Part shown: in pieces, positions 40,930 to 53,847 of the stretch
Position numbering within the stretch: the first letter of the stretch is position 1
Layout of the letters: each line of letters begins with the position of its first letter
Assembly (NCBI RefSeq): GCF_963676685.1
Contig: NC_092347.1
Coordinates: 12,834,001-12,898,000 of the forward strand
Source: Mytilus edulis
Taxonomy: Eukaryota
Length of the DNA stretch: 64,000 nucleotides
Direction of reading: 5' to 3'
Program-made: the position numbers and the translations under genes
Notes under the pieces: model-generated
Databases searched by the model: none
Seen by the model: only the letters and a program-made list of their open reading frames with translations
What the model was told of the DNA's origin: nothing

Positions 40930-41317
40930 ATGTACTTAGGTGATCTGAGATAAAATTAAATAAATCAAGAATTAAAAATTGATACTTTAAGCTGGAAGAG
41001 TATTAGTTGAGGATCAAAATAAGCTAAAATATTGATAGGTCAAGGAGCTCCTTTTCGAGATATTTGATTTATAAAGTATGGCGGAAAAAAGCTGACTCGG
41101 CCTTTTACCTTATATTTGCATTGGTATTATTTGGATCTCAAATGAAAAGAAAGAAAATCAAGAATCTGCTCAAATTTTGTCAAATGATCTTTTATGGGCT
41201 ATTAAGTCTTATGTTAAAAGATAAATAGGTGTTATAGGGCAAAATATTTTACCTTGTATATTATGGAAAAACACCAAGGCTTTGAAACTTATTCATAAAC
41301 CTCACCCAAGTACATCC
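40930..41317. mobile_element. Kolobok-type MITE, left end eroded
   Basis: atgtacttaggtga ... tcacccaagtacatcc-TTAA. Confidence 0.55.
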
Positions 41318-41544
41318 TTAAGCGAGGCAAACCTACAGTGTATTTTTAAGCCAAATGCAAAGTTGTCAAGGGAAGAGCTTTTTTACATTTGTCCATCTGA
41401 CTTGCAACCCAATTCAGTATTTAGTTGACTCGGTAAATAGTTTTCGATGTTGGACTCTTACTATTTTCTGAAAAGTACTCTCTAATCATTTTTGCAATCT
41501 TATTATTTTCTTCCTTCATAACAAATAGTAGAAATTATCACGGT

Positions 41545-41985
41545 AAAAAGAGGGACGAAAGATCCTAAAGGGATAGTCAAACTCATCGATTGAAAATAAA
41601 CTGACAACGCCATGGCTAAAAATAAAAAGACAAACAATAGTACTGGAGACACAACATAGAAAACTAAGGACTAAGCAACACGAACCCCAACAAAAACTGG
41701 GAGTGATCTCAGGTGCTCCGGAAGGGTAAGCAGATCCTGCGCCACATGTGGCACCCGTCGTGTAGGGAACCTATCCGATATCATCTGTGAAACGGTTATT
41801 CCATAACGGTCAACCAATCGTGATGGCCTCCGTAAAATTTACGAAGGGATGATTTCAACTTCACCATTTGAAACTCTTGGTTTAATAGCTTTATTGTGAG
41901 TAGCAATCCTCTATCAAGGAAATCATGACATGAAATACGAGGACGGGAATATAGTATCAATTTGAAGATATGTACTCCGTATCCA
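41545..41985 (-). mobile_element. Penelope-like 3'-end repeat
   Basis: LRKFYGGH..LVDRYGI-type RT C-terminus plus the shared terminus aaaagagggacgaaagat on the + strand. Confidence 0.65.
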
Positions 41986-42074
41986 CTTTACAATTAATAC
42001 ATGATGGTCTTGAGTAAAGATACTGGGTACTGATGTTGTTTATCGCCTTAATAACGTGTTTTGTCACAACGCGG

Positions 42075-42351
42075 GTTTATTATCACGTTGTGATTGGTTG
42101 AACGCCGTCACGCGGTGACCCCCTTTGGATCAGGGGTTGATAAATTGCACAGGGGGCTCATGACGTCATGTCTACTGTTAATGGTAAATATTGATGTTCT
42201 TGTATTTCATTGTTTATTTTTCTACAAAACGCAGCATAAAAGTCCTGCGTACGATACGTTATACGGTTCACAACTGCCCCCACCCCCCCCCCCCCCTACA
42301 AATCCATAGGGGGTGAAGCCGTAGGGGGTCAGTAGCAAACCATATAACTTA
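42075..42351. mobile_element. Hairpin element related to 23180-23527 (inverted, internally deleted)
   Basis: ttatcacgttgtgattggtt and ggggtcagtagcaaaccatataactta are reverse-complement matches to the 23.2-23.5 kb element. Confidence 0.65.
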
Positions 42352-42612
42352 TATTATTCCTTTATCTGTTTTCATGAATATGACTTTTACTGTTTTGTCT
42401 GTTTTAGTGATATCAATTAGACGTGACTCCTTATATATTTATCCCTTTATGGCGTTCTTGTCGTATTCTTGTCTTTCATGTTTGCTAATGTTCTTTGTCT
42501 ATATCCTTTTGGTATTTCTGTGGTACAAATGACGTGGCTCTGTACTTATAAATCCCGTTATTATGCTATTGTTAAACATTTTTGTATTCTTTTTATTTTT
42601 GCTAATGTGCTT

Positions 42613-43810
42613 TAATTCAAAGCTTTATTTATAGTCTGCATGTTACATAACAAAATAAACATACATGTACGCTTCCTGAGCTTTTATAACCGACAAATAC
42701 ATTCGTTTACATAATAATTATACACATTTACGCTGAACTAATTTAAATACTATACATATGTACATGCATGAGCACTACGCTAAAAGCAACATAAAAATTA
42801 AAAGACAGCAATCACAAATTATATAAAGCTAAGCAAACAAACACTAAAAAGGCAGCACTACTATGTTTCGTAGCTGTAACATAAAACATAAAATAAATAC
42901 TTAGCACATGCATTGCAATTCCTTGATGTACCATCACATGAGTTGATTAGACTCTTGAATTAGGGAAAAGATTGTTCAGTTCTAAATTGGTTTGTCAACT
43001 CATTTCATAGTTTGACAGCAGAATATCTGAAAGATTTCAAGCCATACCTTGTAGTTCTTACAGCAGTAATTTGAGCTAAATTTTGGTATATGAAAGAATA
43101 ATTTGTTTCTTTAATATTTATAAGATCATAGAAGTATACTGGATTTTCATGATTGACTGTTCTAAAAACCTCTATTGCCATAGTTCCTAGGCGTCTTAAT
43201 TTAAGTGATGGCATTTTTCATTTTAAAAGTAAGTTTTCATATGTGCTCTTGTAACCCTGGTAAATGAAGCGGATCTGCTCTTTCTTGTACTTTTTCAATT
43301 TTGTAGTGTTTGCCTCGCTGCAAAAATGCCTGGGCAATGAGCAGAAATTAAAGTTTGACATAGTGAAGGACTGATATATTGTTAGTTTTCCAAGTGTGTC
43401 CAAGTATTTGTCAAGTCTTTTTAAGACATTGAGTTGTCTGGATGCTTTTTTGCAGATGTTTAATATATGTATGTTAAAATTTAGTTCAGTCAATGGTGAT
43501 GCCATATATTTTGACCTCTGTTTCACATTTTATTTTGTTACCTGCCAGATCAAATGTAATGTTTTGTACATTGTTTTTCTTTTTTTTGCCAATTGCCTAA
43601 GTTTGAATTTTTTCAGGGTTTGCCTTCATTTGATTGGAAGAAAACCAGTCTATCATAGCCGATTGGAAGAAAACCAGTCTATCATAGCCAAATTATCTTT
43701 TTCATGCGTGGAAATAATTGTTTATATCTCTTTTTGCATAAGATAGAATGTTGTCGTCAGCGTAATTGTAAAGTGAACTGTGTGCGTGTGATGAAGTGAA
43801 AGATATCATT
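42613..43810 (-). mobile_element. 5'-truncated CR1/L2-group LINE
   Basis: NYADDN near 43755, then ICKKASRQLNVLKRL, SNFNFC and PSLKLRR..TTRYGLKSFRY; 3' end aataaagctttgaatt. Confidence 0.85.
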
Positions 43811-44164
43811 CAAGAAGATGTATATATGCCTTTTCATGTTCCTTTGAGACATATATGACGTGACTCATTACATTTACATCCCATTTGTTTTTATAGTGAT
43901 TAAGATTATATTATAATGTTGACTGTTGTGTCCCTATTTTTGACATTTTTATACCTATTATGACTTTGATTTGTTCACACATCGTTGCCAATATTTGATG
44001 TAAGTGTCATTCAAAGTGAGAGGTTTAACTAGCTATAAAACCAGGTTTAATCCAACAATTTATACAAAAGAAAATGTCTGTACCAAGTCAAGAAGATGAC
44101 AGTTGTTATCCATTCGTTCGATTCAGAAGAAACACCGACATAGTTGATATTTTATCGAGTGGTT

Positions 44165-44535
44165 TTCTATATTGTGATGTTATGCTATTGTTTCAGAAAA
44201 AAGGGAGAAGGTTTGGTACCATTAAAACGTTTAATCCCGCTGCAAATGTTTGCAGCTGTCCCAAGTCAGGAATATGATGTACAGTAGTTGTCGTTTGTTT
44301 ATGTAATTTATACGTGTTTCTCGTTTCTCGTTTTTAATATAGATTAGACCGTTGGTTTTCCCGTTTGAATGGTTTTACACTAGTAATTTTGGTAACCTTA
44401 ATAGCTTTTTGTTCGGTGTGAGCCAAGGCTCCGTGTTGAAGGCCGTACATTGACCTATAATTGTTTACTTTTATAAATTGTTATTTGGATGGAGAGTTGT
44501 CTCATTGGCACTCCCACCACATCTTCCAATATCTA
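44165..44535 (-). repeat. Dispersed repeat family A
   Basis: Near reverse-complement identity with 53452-53815. Confidence 0.85.
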
Positions 44536-45635
44536 TAGCTAGATAGTACAATTAATTATCTAATTACTACCACAATTTGATATTAAAAAGGATTGTAATT
44601 TTTATTGTTATTAATACATTTTATATCAGTATTACAAATTTAATCTTGAATTCTATCCTTATTTTCTCTTATTTTTGGGAAATGTTTTTAGAAATTCAAA
44701 TTTGACGTCACTTTGAGCGTTGATGGCTATGGCTAACTCGGCCGTGAATTATTTATGTGCTGGTTTAGGTTGTTTTATGTAATGAATCCGTTTTTATTCT
44801 GTAGTTAGTCACCACTTCGGGTTATCGTGTATATCTAATATATAGTCATTTTATTCAAATTTACTGTTTGCAAAAGTATGAATTATTCTAAATAATATGG
44901 ATATTCTTAATATCACAGGCAGAAACCCTAACCGTATTAGGCACAACTTTTTGGAACTTTTTCTCAATGCTCTTCAACTTTGTACTTGTTTTGGCTTTCG
45001 AACTTTTTTCATCTGCGCGTCACTGGTATATCTTGTGCGTCTGGCGTAAAACATTTCAAACTTGGTACCTTTTGTTAGCTATTATTTATGTGTTTCTCTG
45101 TCCTATCATTTGTTTTCCCATTTATCATGTTTATTTGTATTGTAGTCCTGTCCTGTAATGTTGTCATTTTAATGTTTTTTTAACGTTGCCATAAAAGCAG
45201 GTTCAGCTCACCATTTTTTTCTTAAAATGTCCTGTACCAAGTCAGCAAACTGGTCATTGTTATATAATAGTTCGTTTCTGTGTGTTACATTTTAATGTTG
45301 TGTTTCTGTTGAGTCGTAGTTCTCCTCTTGTATTTGATGCGCTTCCCTCAAGTTTTAGTTTGTAACCCGGATTTGGTTTTTTTCAATCGATTTATAAATT
45401 TCGTACAGCGGTATACTACTGTTGCCTTTATTTGTGTTTTTGAGCTTTTTGCTTTAGCCATTTGTTTAGGGACTTTTCCGTTTTGAATTTTTCTCGGAGT
45501 AAAGTATTTTTGTGATTTTACTTTTTTTCCTTCATTTCAATTCAATGCAATTCAGATATTTTTTGTCATATAAGCTCTAAACTTCTATATGTTTGTAATC
45601 ATTTATATCTTCGGATTTCAAATGTTTGGCTTTGA

Positions 45636-45677
45636 GCGTTCCTGATGAAGGTAAATCCAGAAAAGCGCTTCGGACGC
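45636..45677 (+). ncRNA. Minimal type I hammerhead ribozyme, second family
   Basis: gcgttc-CTGATGA-aggtaaatcca-GAAA-agcgct-TC-ggacgc: 6-bp stem I, intact core and palindromic stem III aagcgctt; predicted cleavage after C45671. Confidence 0.75.
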
Positions 45678-47189
45678 AAAACATTATTAAAGGTGTAGTT
45701 TTCAATTTTTTATATGAATGCAAACATTCGATGAAGCAATGCGTTTCTCCAAATGATGCAAATCAATAAACCCATGAATTTGAAATAGTAACTGCAGTCT
45801 GATTAAATTTTAAAGACACAACAGAAATAAATACTGGGGATAATTATCGGTGCCCCTGACCATACTTCATTACGCCTATGACAAATTAACATTCGGTTAC
45901 AAATCGAATTCTTTCTTGTCAAAACCGAGGAAACGTGATCAGATTTGTGACCGGTACTTTACCCCTAAAGAATTATACAGGCGATTAAATAGCCAACAGA
46001 ACATCGTCATTGAAAAGATAACAAAAAGCCTGTATCAAGTCAGGAATATGACAGTCATCTTCCATTCGTAAGATGTGTTTGAGCTTTTGATTTTGCAATT
46101 TGAGTTTTCTTTTTGAATTTTCCCCTGAGGTCAGTATATTTGGGATTATACTTTATACCAAATAAAAAGAAAAGAAATGTCGTCCCGTTTGACATTTCTT
46201 TTGTAATATATTCGGATTACTTTTTATTGGTCTGTCAATGGTAAGTTCAGCACTAGCATACAGAATGCAAACGCAACACAACATGTCTGAACTAAGCAGC
46301 ATCTTGTCATAGACCGACATAAATACACATTATAATATCGCAAGATGTCTAATTCCATCATTTAGCGTGTCTATCAAGTTCATCCAATAGGACTAATGCT
46401 TAAACGTGAATTGAATGTTAAATTTCCTTCGGGACGCTTATACATCACCTTCTTAAAACTAAGTGTAATATAATATTGTATAAAAGTGCAAATTGAATTC
46501 TGTAGAATTAACGAACTTCGTTCTACTTCAGATGGAACCATATCTGATCGTCTCGTTTTGCTTCAACGTATCAAATTCCTATTAAAATTGATTGAACTGC
46601 ATATTGCTTAGTATCAGAATAAATAAAATTGTCTACTAAACCTAAATTGCACAATATCGTTCATATGGAACTTTAATGTTAAATATTGTAATCATATACG
46701 ACGTATATGAGGAGCCAACATTTGAATTGATCCAGTTTATTTTTGAACTAGTTTTCCCTCTAGCCCGGTATTCATTAGACTACAGCCTGGATTGCAATTC
46801 GAACACAGCGAGCAATAGCTAAACTTGTGAAGTTCTATTTAACACAGAATAACCTTTTGTACAGAAACGGGAGTTTTTATCGCGGCAGCAACCTCTATTG
46901 AATTTTCAAAACGAGGTTTAATTTTTAATATATCAGTAACATCCATTTTTACTGCCTGGATTTTGATATCAAAGTTCTTAACGTGGCTGGTACTCAGATT
47001 GAGTAAGTAAGATTTAACATCAATATCGTCTTGGTTATTCAGGTTTGATGGAACCTTCAGTTTTGCTATAGTTTTGGTTTTTTTTATTGACGAAATAATA
47101 CAATATATGATGTCTAATTCAGTTCGGTAACTTATCATATTGCTTTTTAATAGTTTTGTTGGCCTTCACAGTAACTAAAGTTTATAAGT

Positions 47190-47606
47190 TCGAGGTTTAC
47201 TAGGAAATATATAGATATGGGCACTACATGTCTTCTTCCGGCCGACAGTTAAACCCTTGCTCAAGTGGGTCGTCTGTTTGGCTGTGATGGGTGTACAAGT
47301 ACATAGCCTCGTCGGGTAAAAATAAGTAGGTTAAATCCGATGCCACTTGTATTGAGAGTGCTACGTTCTCTGTACGTTAAGAACCATTGCAACATTTGTT
47401 TTAATGGTCATGCTGAATGGCAAATTTCTCTCTTTCCAACTTGCTGTAATTTTCCAGTCGTAGTCTAAATTTTCCCCGACTTTCATCCTGTGTGGCCTCT
47501 ATTACAGGACCTACCTATAATATCATATTTATATTATTTATTCTGGTCTTGAACATGCATGAACTATTTGCCACTGAACGTTAATCTCAGAAAATAATCA
47601 ATCAAT
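47190..47606 (+). mobile_element. SINE-like element
   Basis: Relatively GC-rich body; the 3' region gcatgaactatttgccactgaacgttaa..aatcaatcaat resembles the tail of the SINE at 1803-2132. Confidence 0.45.
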
Positions 47607-48342
47607 ACAAAAGATTAAATTAATTAGTAGCAATAGTCCACAAGATTCAAAACTATGATGCAACTTTTTGTAGTCATATCTTTGTCTTTTTAAATGAGAA
47701 CTCCAATGTACTCGTCATTCAACACGTAAGCAGATAATTAAAACAACTTAAATGGATTACTAGTGATCCTTTTCACATTTACTGGTTTTAAATTTAAATT
47801 CTATTTAATAACTATCTATCTACTTGTGTTAGTGTCATATCATTTAGTTTGGTCTTTGGTGTCGAATAACTATTCAATTGCACTATTGCATGTTTACTCC
47901 AAAGATTTCCGATCTATTCTAACCATTCATGTTTACAGACTGTAAAAGTCTAAATCAGAAATAAAAATCCAAATTAATGTGATTATCTGATACTAACGTA
48001 ACTTTAATTTCATCGTTTCAACTTCATACACTGACAATTTGTTCCTCCTGCATGTTATTTTCTTTCAAAAAATTCTGCGGATGCTTGTATTCTGCTTGAA
48101 ATCCTCGAACTAGTATTAATTGATTTCCATTTAATTTAGTAAAAAACAGGGTGTAATGCATTTGCTATTGAAAGTGTTTCCTAATCGGTTAAACGGAAGT
48201 ATTTTAAGAAACACATTTAACGGGATTTTGAATATTATATTGTTTATGGAACTTTTAAAATCTGCCTTTTTTTCTTACTGTTTTCTCAATAACTGAAATT
48301 CTGCCTACAAATTTTAATTGTTAGTTAAAACTTATCATAGAA

Positions 48343-48620
48343 AAAAGAAGATGTGGTATGATTTCCAATGAGACAACTCTCCACAAGAGACCAAAATGAC
48401 ACAGAAATTAACAACTATAGGTCACTGTACGGCCTTCAACAATAAACGAAGCCCATACTGCATAGTCAGCTATAAAAGGCCCCGAAAGGACAATGTAAAA
48501 CAATTCAAACGAGAAAACTAACGGCCTTATTTATATAAAAAATGAACGAAAAACAAATATGTAACACATAAACAAACGACAACCACTGAATTACAGGCTC
48601 CTGACTTAGGACAGGCATAT
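48343..48620 (+). repeat. Dispersed repeat family A
   Basis: aagaagatgtggtatgatttccaatgagacaac...gacttaggacaggc. Confidence 0.8.
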
Positions 48621-48623
48621 AAA

Positions 48624-48980
48624 TATTTACACCACTGGGTCGATGCCACTGCTGGTGGACGTTTCGTCCCCGAGGGTATCACCAGCCCAGTAGTCAGCAC
48701 TTCGGTGTTGACATGAATATCAATTATATGGTATTTTTATAAATTTTCTGTTTACAAAACCTTGAATTTTTCGAAAAACTAAGGATTTTCTTACCCCAGG
48801 AGTAGATTACCTTAGCCGTATTTGGCACAACTTTTTGGAATTTTGGATCCTCAATGCTCTTCAACTTTGTATTGATTTGGCTTTTGAACTATTTTGATCT
48901 CAGCGTCACTGATGAGTCTTATGTAGACGAAACGCGCGTCTGGCGTATAAAATTATAATCCTGGTACTTTTGATAAATAT
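48624..48980 (+). mobile_element. Full monomer of the retrozyme-like repeat (~350 nt)
   Basis: Colinear with 59787-60146; contains an intact hammerhead and an antisense hammerhead-like motif. Confidence 0.88.
48903..48946 (+). ncRNA. Minimal type I hammerhead ribozyme, intact
   Basis: Stem I gcgtca/tggcgt, CTGATGA 48909-48915, stem II gtct-tatgt-agac, GAAA 48929-48932, palindromic stem III acgcgcgt, GUC cleavage triplet ending at 48940. Confidence 0.9.
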
Positions 48981-49702
48981 ATACATATTTTAATACAAGA
49001 TTATATCAATCGGATAATTGAAATAGTCTGATACCTAGATGGAATAATCCTACAGTTATACAAGTAGCAACAAGAAACTACATTGACAATGTCTCCCTGG
49101 TATCACTCCTTTGAATAACGTCAACATCATGTGTATTGTGTTATGTACAGCCCGGCAGTGAATGAGGTAAATAATTTCTGAAATACTGTTGTTTATGATT
49201 CCATTGAACATCTGTTTATGGCATACTCTCAAATATACCAAGGACAATTATTTATTTGATTTGGTTTATAATCCTCAGAATGTAAATTTTAACAACAATC
49301 AATTACTAACTAAAACATTAAAAGGAAAACAATCAAGATAGGAACTCATTCTTCGAATTCAATCAACTCTAAATAAGAAAAATGGAAGTGTTCAAAATAA
49401 ATGTGCAAAACTAGTTAAAAAAAAATTTCTTTTCTCCAAGGTAAACCATCACCAATCCAGTTTTCCTATTCAAAAGTAGTCTTTAATAATATGAAATGTG
49501 AATAAAATGCTAATAAGAGAAGTAAGAAATAAACAACTCAAATTATTGTCTAGATAACTACTCTGCTTTACATCATTTGCAGTAATAACCATTGCTATAC
49601 TTCTACAAGAAAACAGAAATGTGTCGGTAATGGTCTATAATTGTTCCGATGATGAACTTAATGAATAAAGATCGTATATATGTGAGCATGCTATATTATT
49701 AG

Positions 49703-49829
49703 TTACATGGTGTGTTGGTGACCTTACACGATATATATGGGGTCAGTAAATCTCATATTTCACTCGAATCCCCATATGGAATTTACTAACCCCATATATA
49801 TCGTATAAGGTCACTAGCACACCATGTAA
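49703..49829. repeat. ~55-bp-arm inverted repeat (hairpin element fragment)
   Basis: ttacatggtgtgttggtgaccttacacgatatatatgggg ... ccccatatatatcgtataaggtcactagcacaccatgtaa. Confidence 0.8.
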
Positions 49830-51357
49830 ATAAACTTGTCAAAGATACCAGGATTAAATTTGGTATTTACGCCAGACGCGAATTTATCATACCGAAGAGC
49901 TTAACATGTGGTATTTAAATTATCGGCCTATCAAAGTGATTAAGACTTCAATACTTAGTTTTAACATGTTAATTTAAGAACCTACTTCTATTTGTCTTTA
50001 CAAAAAAACCAATGCCAACAATAACAACGTTTTAGCTTTAAATTTTTTATGGATATATTTCCATCGTCCATTATCAGTTTCTTCCTCTGTTTAAACCTTT
50101 CAGATTTTATTTTTGTTCTGAAAGGGAAGTAACTCCTTACTAACCCCATATGGTTGCCAACCCTATATGGTAACTAACGATATATTTTTTAGGACACCCT
50201 ATATCATATATATATAGTCACTACGTGTAGTCCATTTAGCAATCATATTCCAATAAATCTATAGGAGGTAAGATAAATAAAATTACATAGTATGTTGGGT
50301 AAAAAGAATTACTTCTGTGGAGGCTTAGTAGGGGAACACTGGTACTTTTCATTTGTGTATTAGGGATTTAATTGCATTTTCCTGCCATTTGTGGGCTCAG
50401 GTGGTTGCAACTTTTTTTAGTAGTATTATACAATTGCATAACATAAAGAGTTCATAGCTAAGATCATGTAAACATTTGATGTAAAGCCAAATCTATGCAT
50501 CTTTAAAGTAGTGCAATTAATGCAAGCAAAATGTTTCTTGGTTCTAAGATACACTCTCAACTGTTTATATAACCAATGACAAATTTAAAGACTGAGTTAA
50601 GTGTTTTTCTTTATTAAAGATATTATGCTGTAGTCATGTATATTGTTTCTCGTAAAGCCCTCAATAATTCAACTTTCAACAAATACTTGTTCGATTATAT
50701 TAAGGGTTTCATTTATTTTCCTAATCTCAGCTGTACATTTATCATTATAAAAGTGTTATTGCTATTTTCTATGATGCATTTTGAACGTTTTAAATCACAG
50801 TGTCAGTTCTACCGGGAGAGAGAAATTTATATCCGTTGATCTCACTAAATTACTACAAGGGATAAAAACAATCTATAATTATCTGTAACACAGAAAGTCT
50901 TTCATTATTAAACCAGAGAAAATTTTGCAGTTACGTGATTAAAACCATAACTCCTGTATATTGTTTTAGAAGTGATAATTCTTGTGCTGCAAATAATTGC
51001 TTTGGATTATGGTTATAAGGTTTCATCATATTGATAGGTGAAATGAATATATTTTTAGTTGAAGGATTTCTCTGCTGCTTTTAGAAAAGAATCACAACAA
51101 TACCGATGTTAATTCGTCCAGTTATTGTAAATTCGGTGAATGAAAATGTATATTACCAGGGTAAACGCAGATTATGCAAAAGAACCAAAATACGAATTGT
51201 AATCGCTGTAATACCGGCGTTACACATCAGCGTATAGCTCCGACGTACGCCGGGTGTGTTAAAAAATCATGTGCGCTGCCAATACGCTAGTAGTTTTGGA
51301 TGCATTCAACCTGTCAATCATCTGTAAAGTGTGCACAAGCGTGTATTGGACGTATTC

Positions 51358-52540
51358 TGTGGAAAGACCTATTGTTTTTCTTCTGCTTATTTTTTTTTTT
51401 TTTTTTTTTCTTCCGCCTAATTTTGTTCATGCGATAAACATTTGTTTCGCAATATGTCGCTTTGATATTTGGTATATGATATCAAACAGTTTATGCGCTT
51501 TTGAAATTTACCCTGAGTAACCGAATACTTTTCTTTGTAGGAGTTATCTCCCCAAACACTGTTTTCCTTGTGCTCACAACTCCTTTGCAACCGTAAAAGA
51601 TAACGACAAATTTATTTTACAAAATTGCTCGTTATATCCTTTGCATGATTTGTCCTATTTTGACCGAAGCAATATGACCACTCCATATGAGAGTTATTTC
51701 CCCTTATGCATCTGATATAAGTGATATGCATTTCTATCTTATAAACCATAAGTGATAGAGACCTAGGATCTTTTGATTTGAGGTCCTTGGTCCAAAAAAA
51801 TGAAAATTAGGTCAAAGGTCAAGGTCATATTCTAATATTTGAATTTGGCTTATTTTCACTTATATCCAAAGACCGTATAAGATATCAACAAATTATTTTT
51901 ACTAAATTGTTAGTTGCGACATGTCGTAACACATAAATTTTTATTACAAGGGCACGTTGAAAGTAAAAGGGAGTTTTCTCCCCTCTTGTATTTAAAAATA
52001 CGCGTTTGGTGATATAAGTCATTAACCAAATGTAATTAAGACCTATGGTCTTTTGATTTGAGGTCCTTAGTTCATGACCTTGAAATTGATCTCAAGGTCA
52101 TAGCTTAATTTGACGTTCTAGATTTTGACCTTTGCTTTTATATTATATGTATACATGATAAAGCTATGAAACTTTTGGAAAAAGGTATCAAACCATTTAA
52201 CCTTGAAAGAAACAACCGGAAGTGACCTTTTGTAAACCGGAAGTAGCTATTTTTTGTACTTTATTAATATAAAAGTATATAGAACCAGATATTTTTGGAA
52301 TCAGTGTCAAGTAAATATTCAAATATAATCGTAAGTAACATTTTTCAAACCGGAAGTAACAAATTATCTCCCTTAATTAAAAAAAAAGTATGGAAACCAA
52401 ATATTTTTGGAATCAGCGTACTAGAAGCTATCATTTGACGATTGAAATGACATTTTAAACTTAGTTTCACAACTTTCATATCAAAATACATTGTTTTGAT
52501 GGAAAGACCTTCAATTGTTCTCTGAACAATTGGTTTTTAA
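51358..52540 (+). mobile_element. Helentron-type non-autonomous element, probable
   Basis: ggaaagacct near both ends, a T-rich simple tract, recurring gagttatctcccc units, and terminal stem-loop caattgttc-tct-gaacaattg before a T run. Confidence 0.55.
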
Positions 52541-53847
52541 TTGTATTATAGTTCGTTCTGTGCGTGTTACATTCTAATGTATTGTAATTCTCCTCTTATA
52601 TTTGATTTGTTTCCCTCAGTTTTAGTTTGTAACCCGGCTTTGTTTTTTTTTCTCAATCGATTTATGAATTTCGAACAGCGGCATACTACTGTTGCCTTTA
52701 TTAATGATATGAACTGAATAAATTAAAATAAACCCTGGAAATCAGAGGCTAGTATTTGAATTGATTTTGTAAATGATATATATAACAATGCTATCCGAGC
52801 GCAGCGAAATATACCAAAATGACCAGACTGTCTTCAAAAACCTTTTATGGACAGAATGGCCATCCGGAACAAGGTAGGGGAATGCTGCGCTTAACTTTGA
52901 CAATTACTGCAGTATTGATTAAAAAAATGTGTGACGACAATCTGATAACACAACTAATATAATTCTATAATATTCAAATAATATATAATATTGCTCAAGA
53001 AAAACAAAATTGCTGAGAAAACGTTTCCCCAGCATGTCCGCTTATCAAAAAGGTTCCAAGTGTACCCTTAATAATATTCAAGAACACATAATTGCCAAGT
53101 GATGCAAGGTGAACTCAATCTTCCACCAAAAATTACTTTGTTATTTTTTTTATGTCTGGATAATGAATACAACACCAACCATTTTTCAGGAAAAAAAGTA
53201 GCAATGGTGCTAATTAATCGGAGCCTAATCTAATTATTGCAAATAACCGAACCTTATCTTGCTTAAGAATGTCATTACCCAAATGTGAATGTGAACTATA
53301 ACATCTGGCTGTTCTTCATATCCAATCATCGTATTGATTTGACCCTTCATTTTACAACATAACAACCCGCTCCTTTCTAGCCACCACACCGTTGCTCCTA
53401 ATTGGATCAAACCGAAATTCACACCAGGTCTATTCCTTTTTGTGGAAAATAGATGTAGGAAGATGTGGTGTGAGTGCCAATGAGACAACCCTCCATCCAA
53501 ATAACAATTTTAAAAAAGTAAACCATTATAGGTCAATGTACGGCCTTCAATACGGAGCCTTGGCTCACTCCGAACAACAAGCTATAAAGGGCCCCAAAAT
53601 TACTAGTGTAAAACCATTCAAACGGGAAAACCAACGGTCTTATGTATATAAAAAACGAGAAACACGTATAAATTACATAAACAAACGACAACTACTGTAC
53701 ATCAGATTCCTGACTTAGGACAGGTGCAAACATTTGCAGCGGGATTAAACGTTTTAATGGTACCAAACCTTCTCCCTTTTTCTGAAACAATAGCATAACA
53801 TCACACCATAGAAAAACATACGATAAAATATCAATTGGCAGGCTTAA

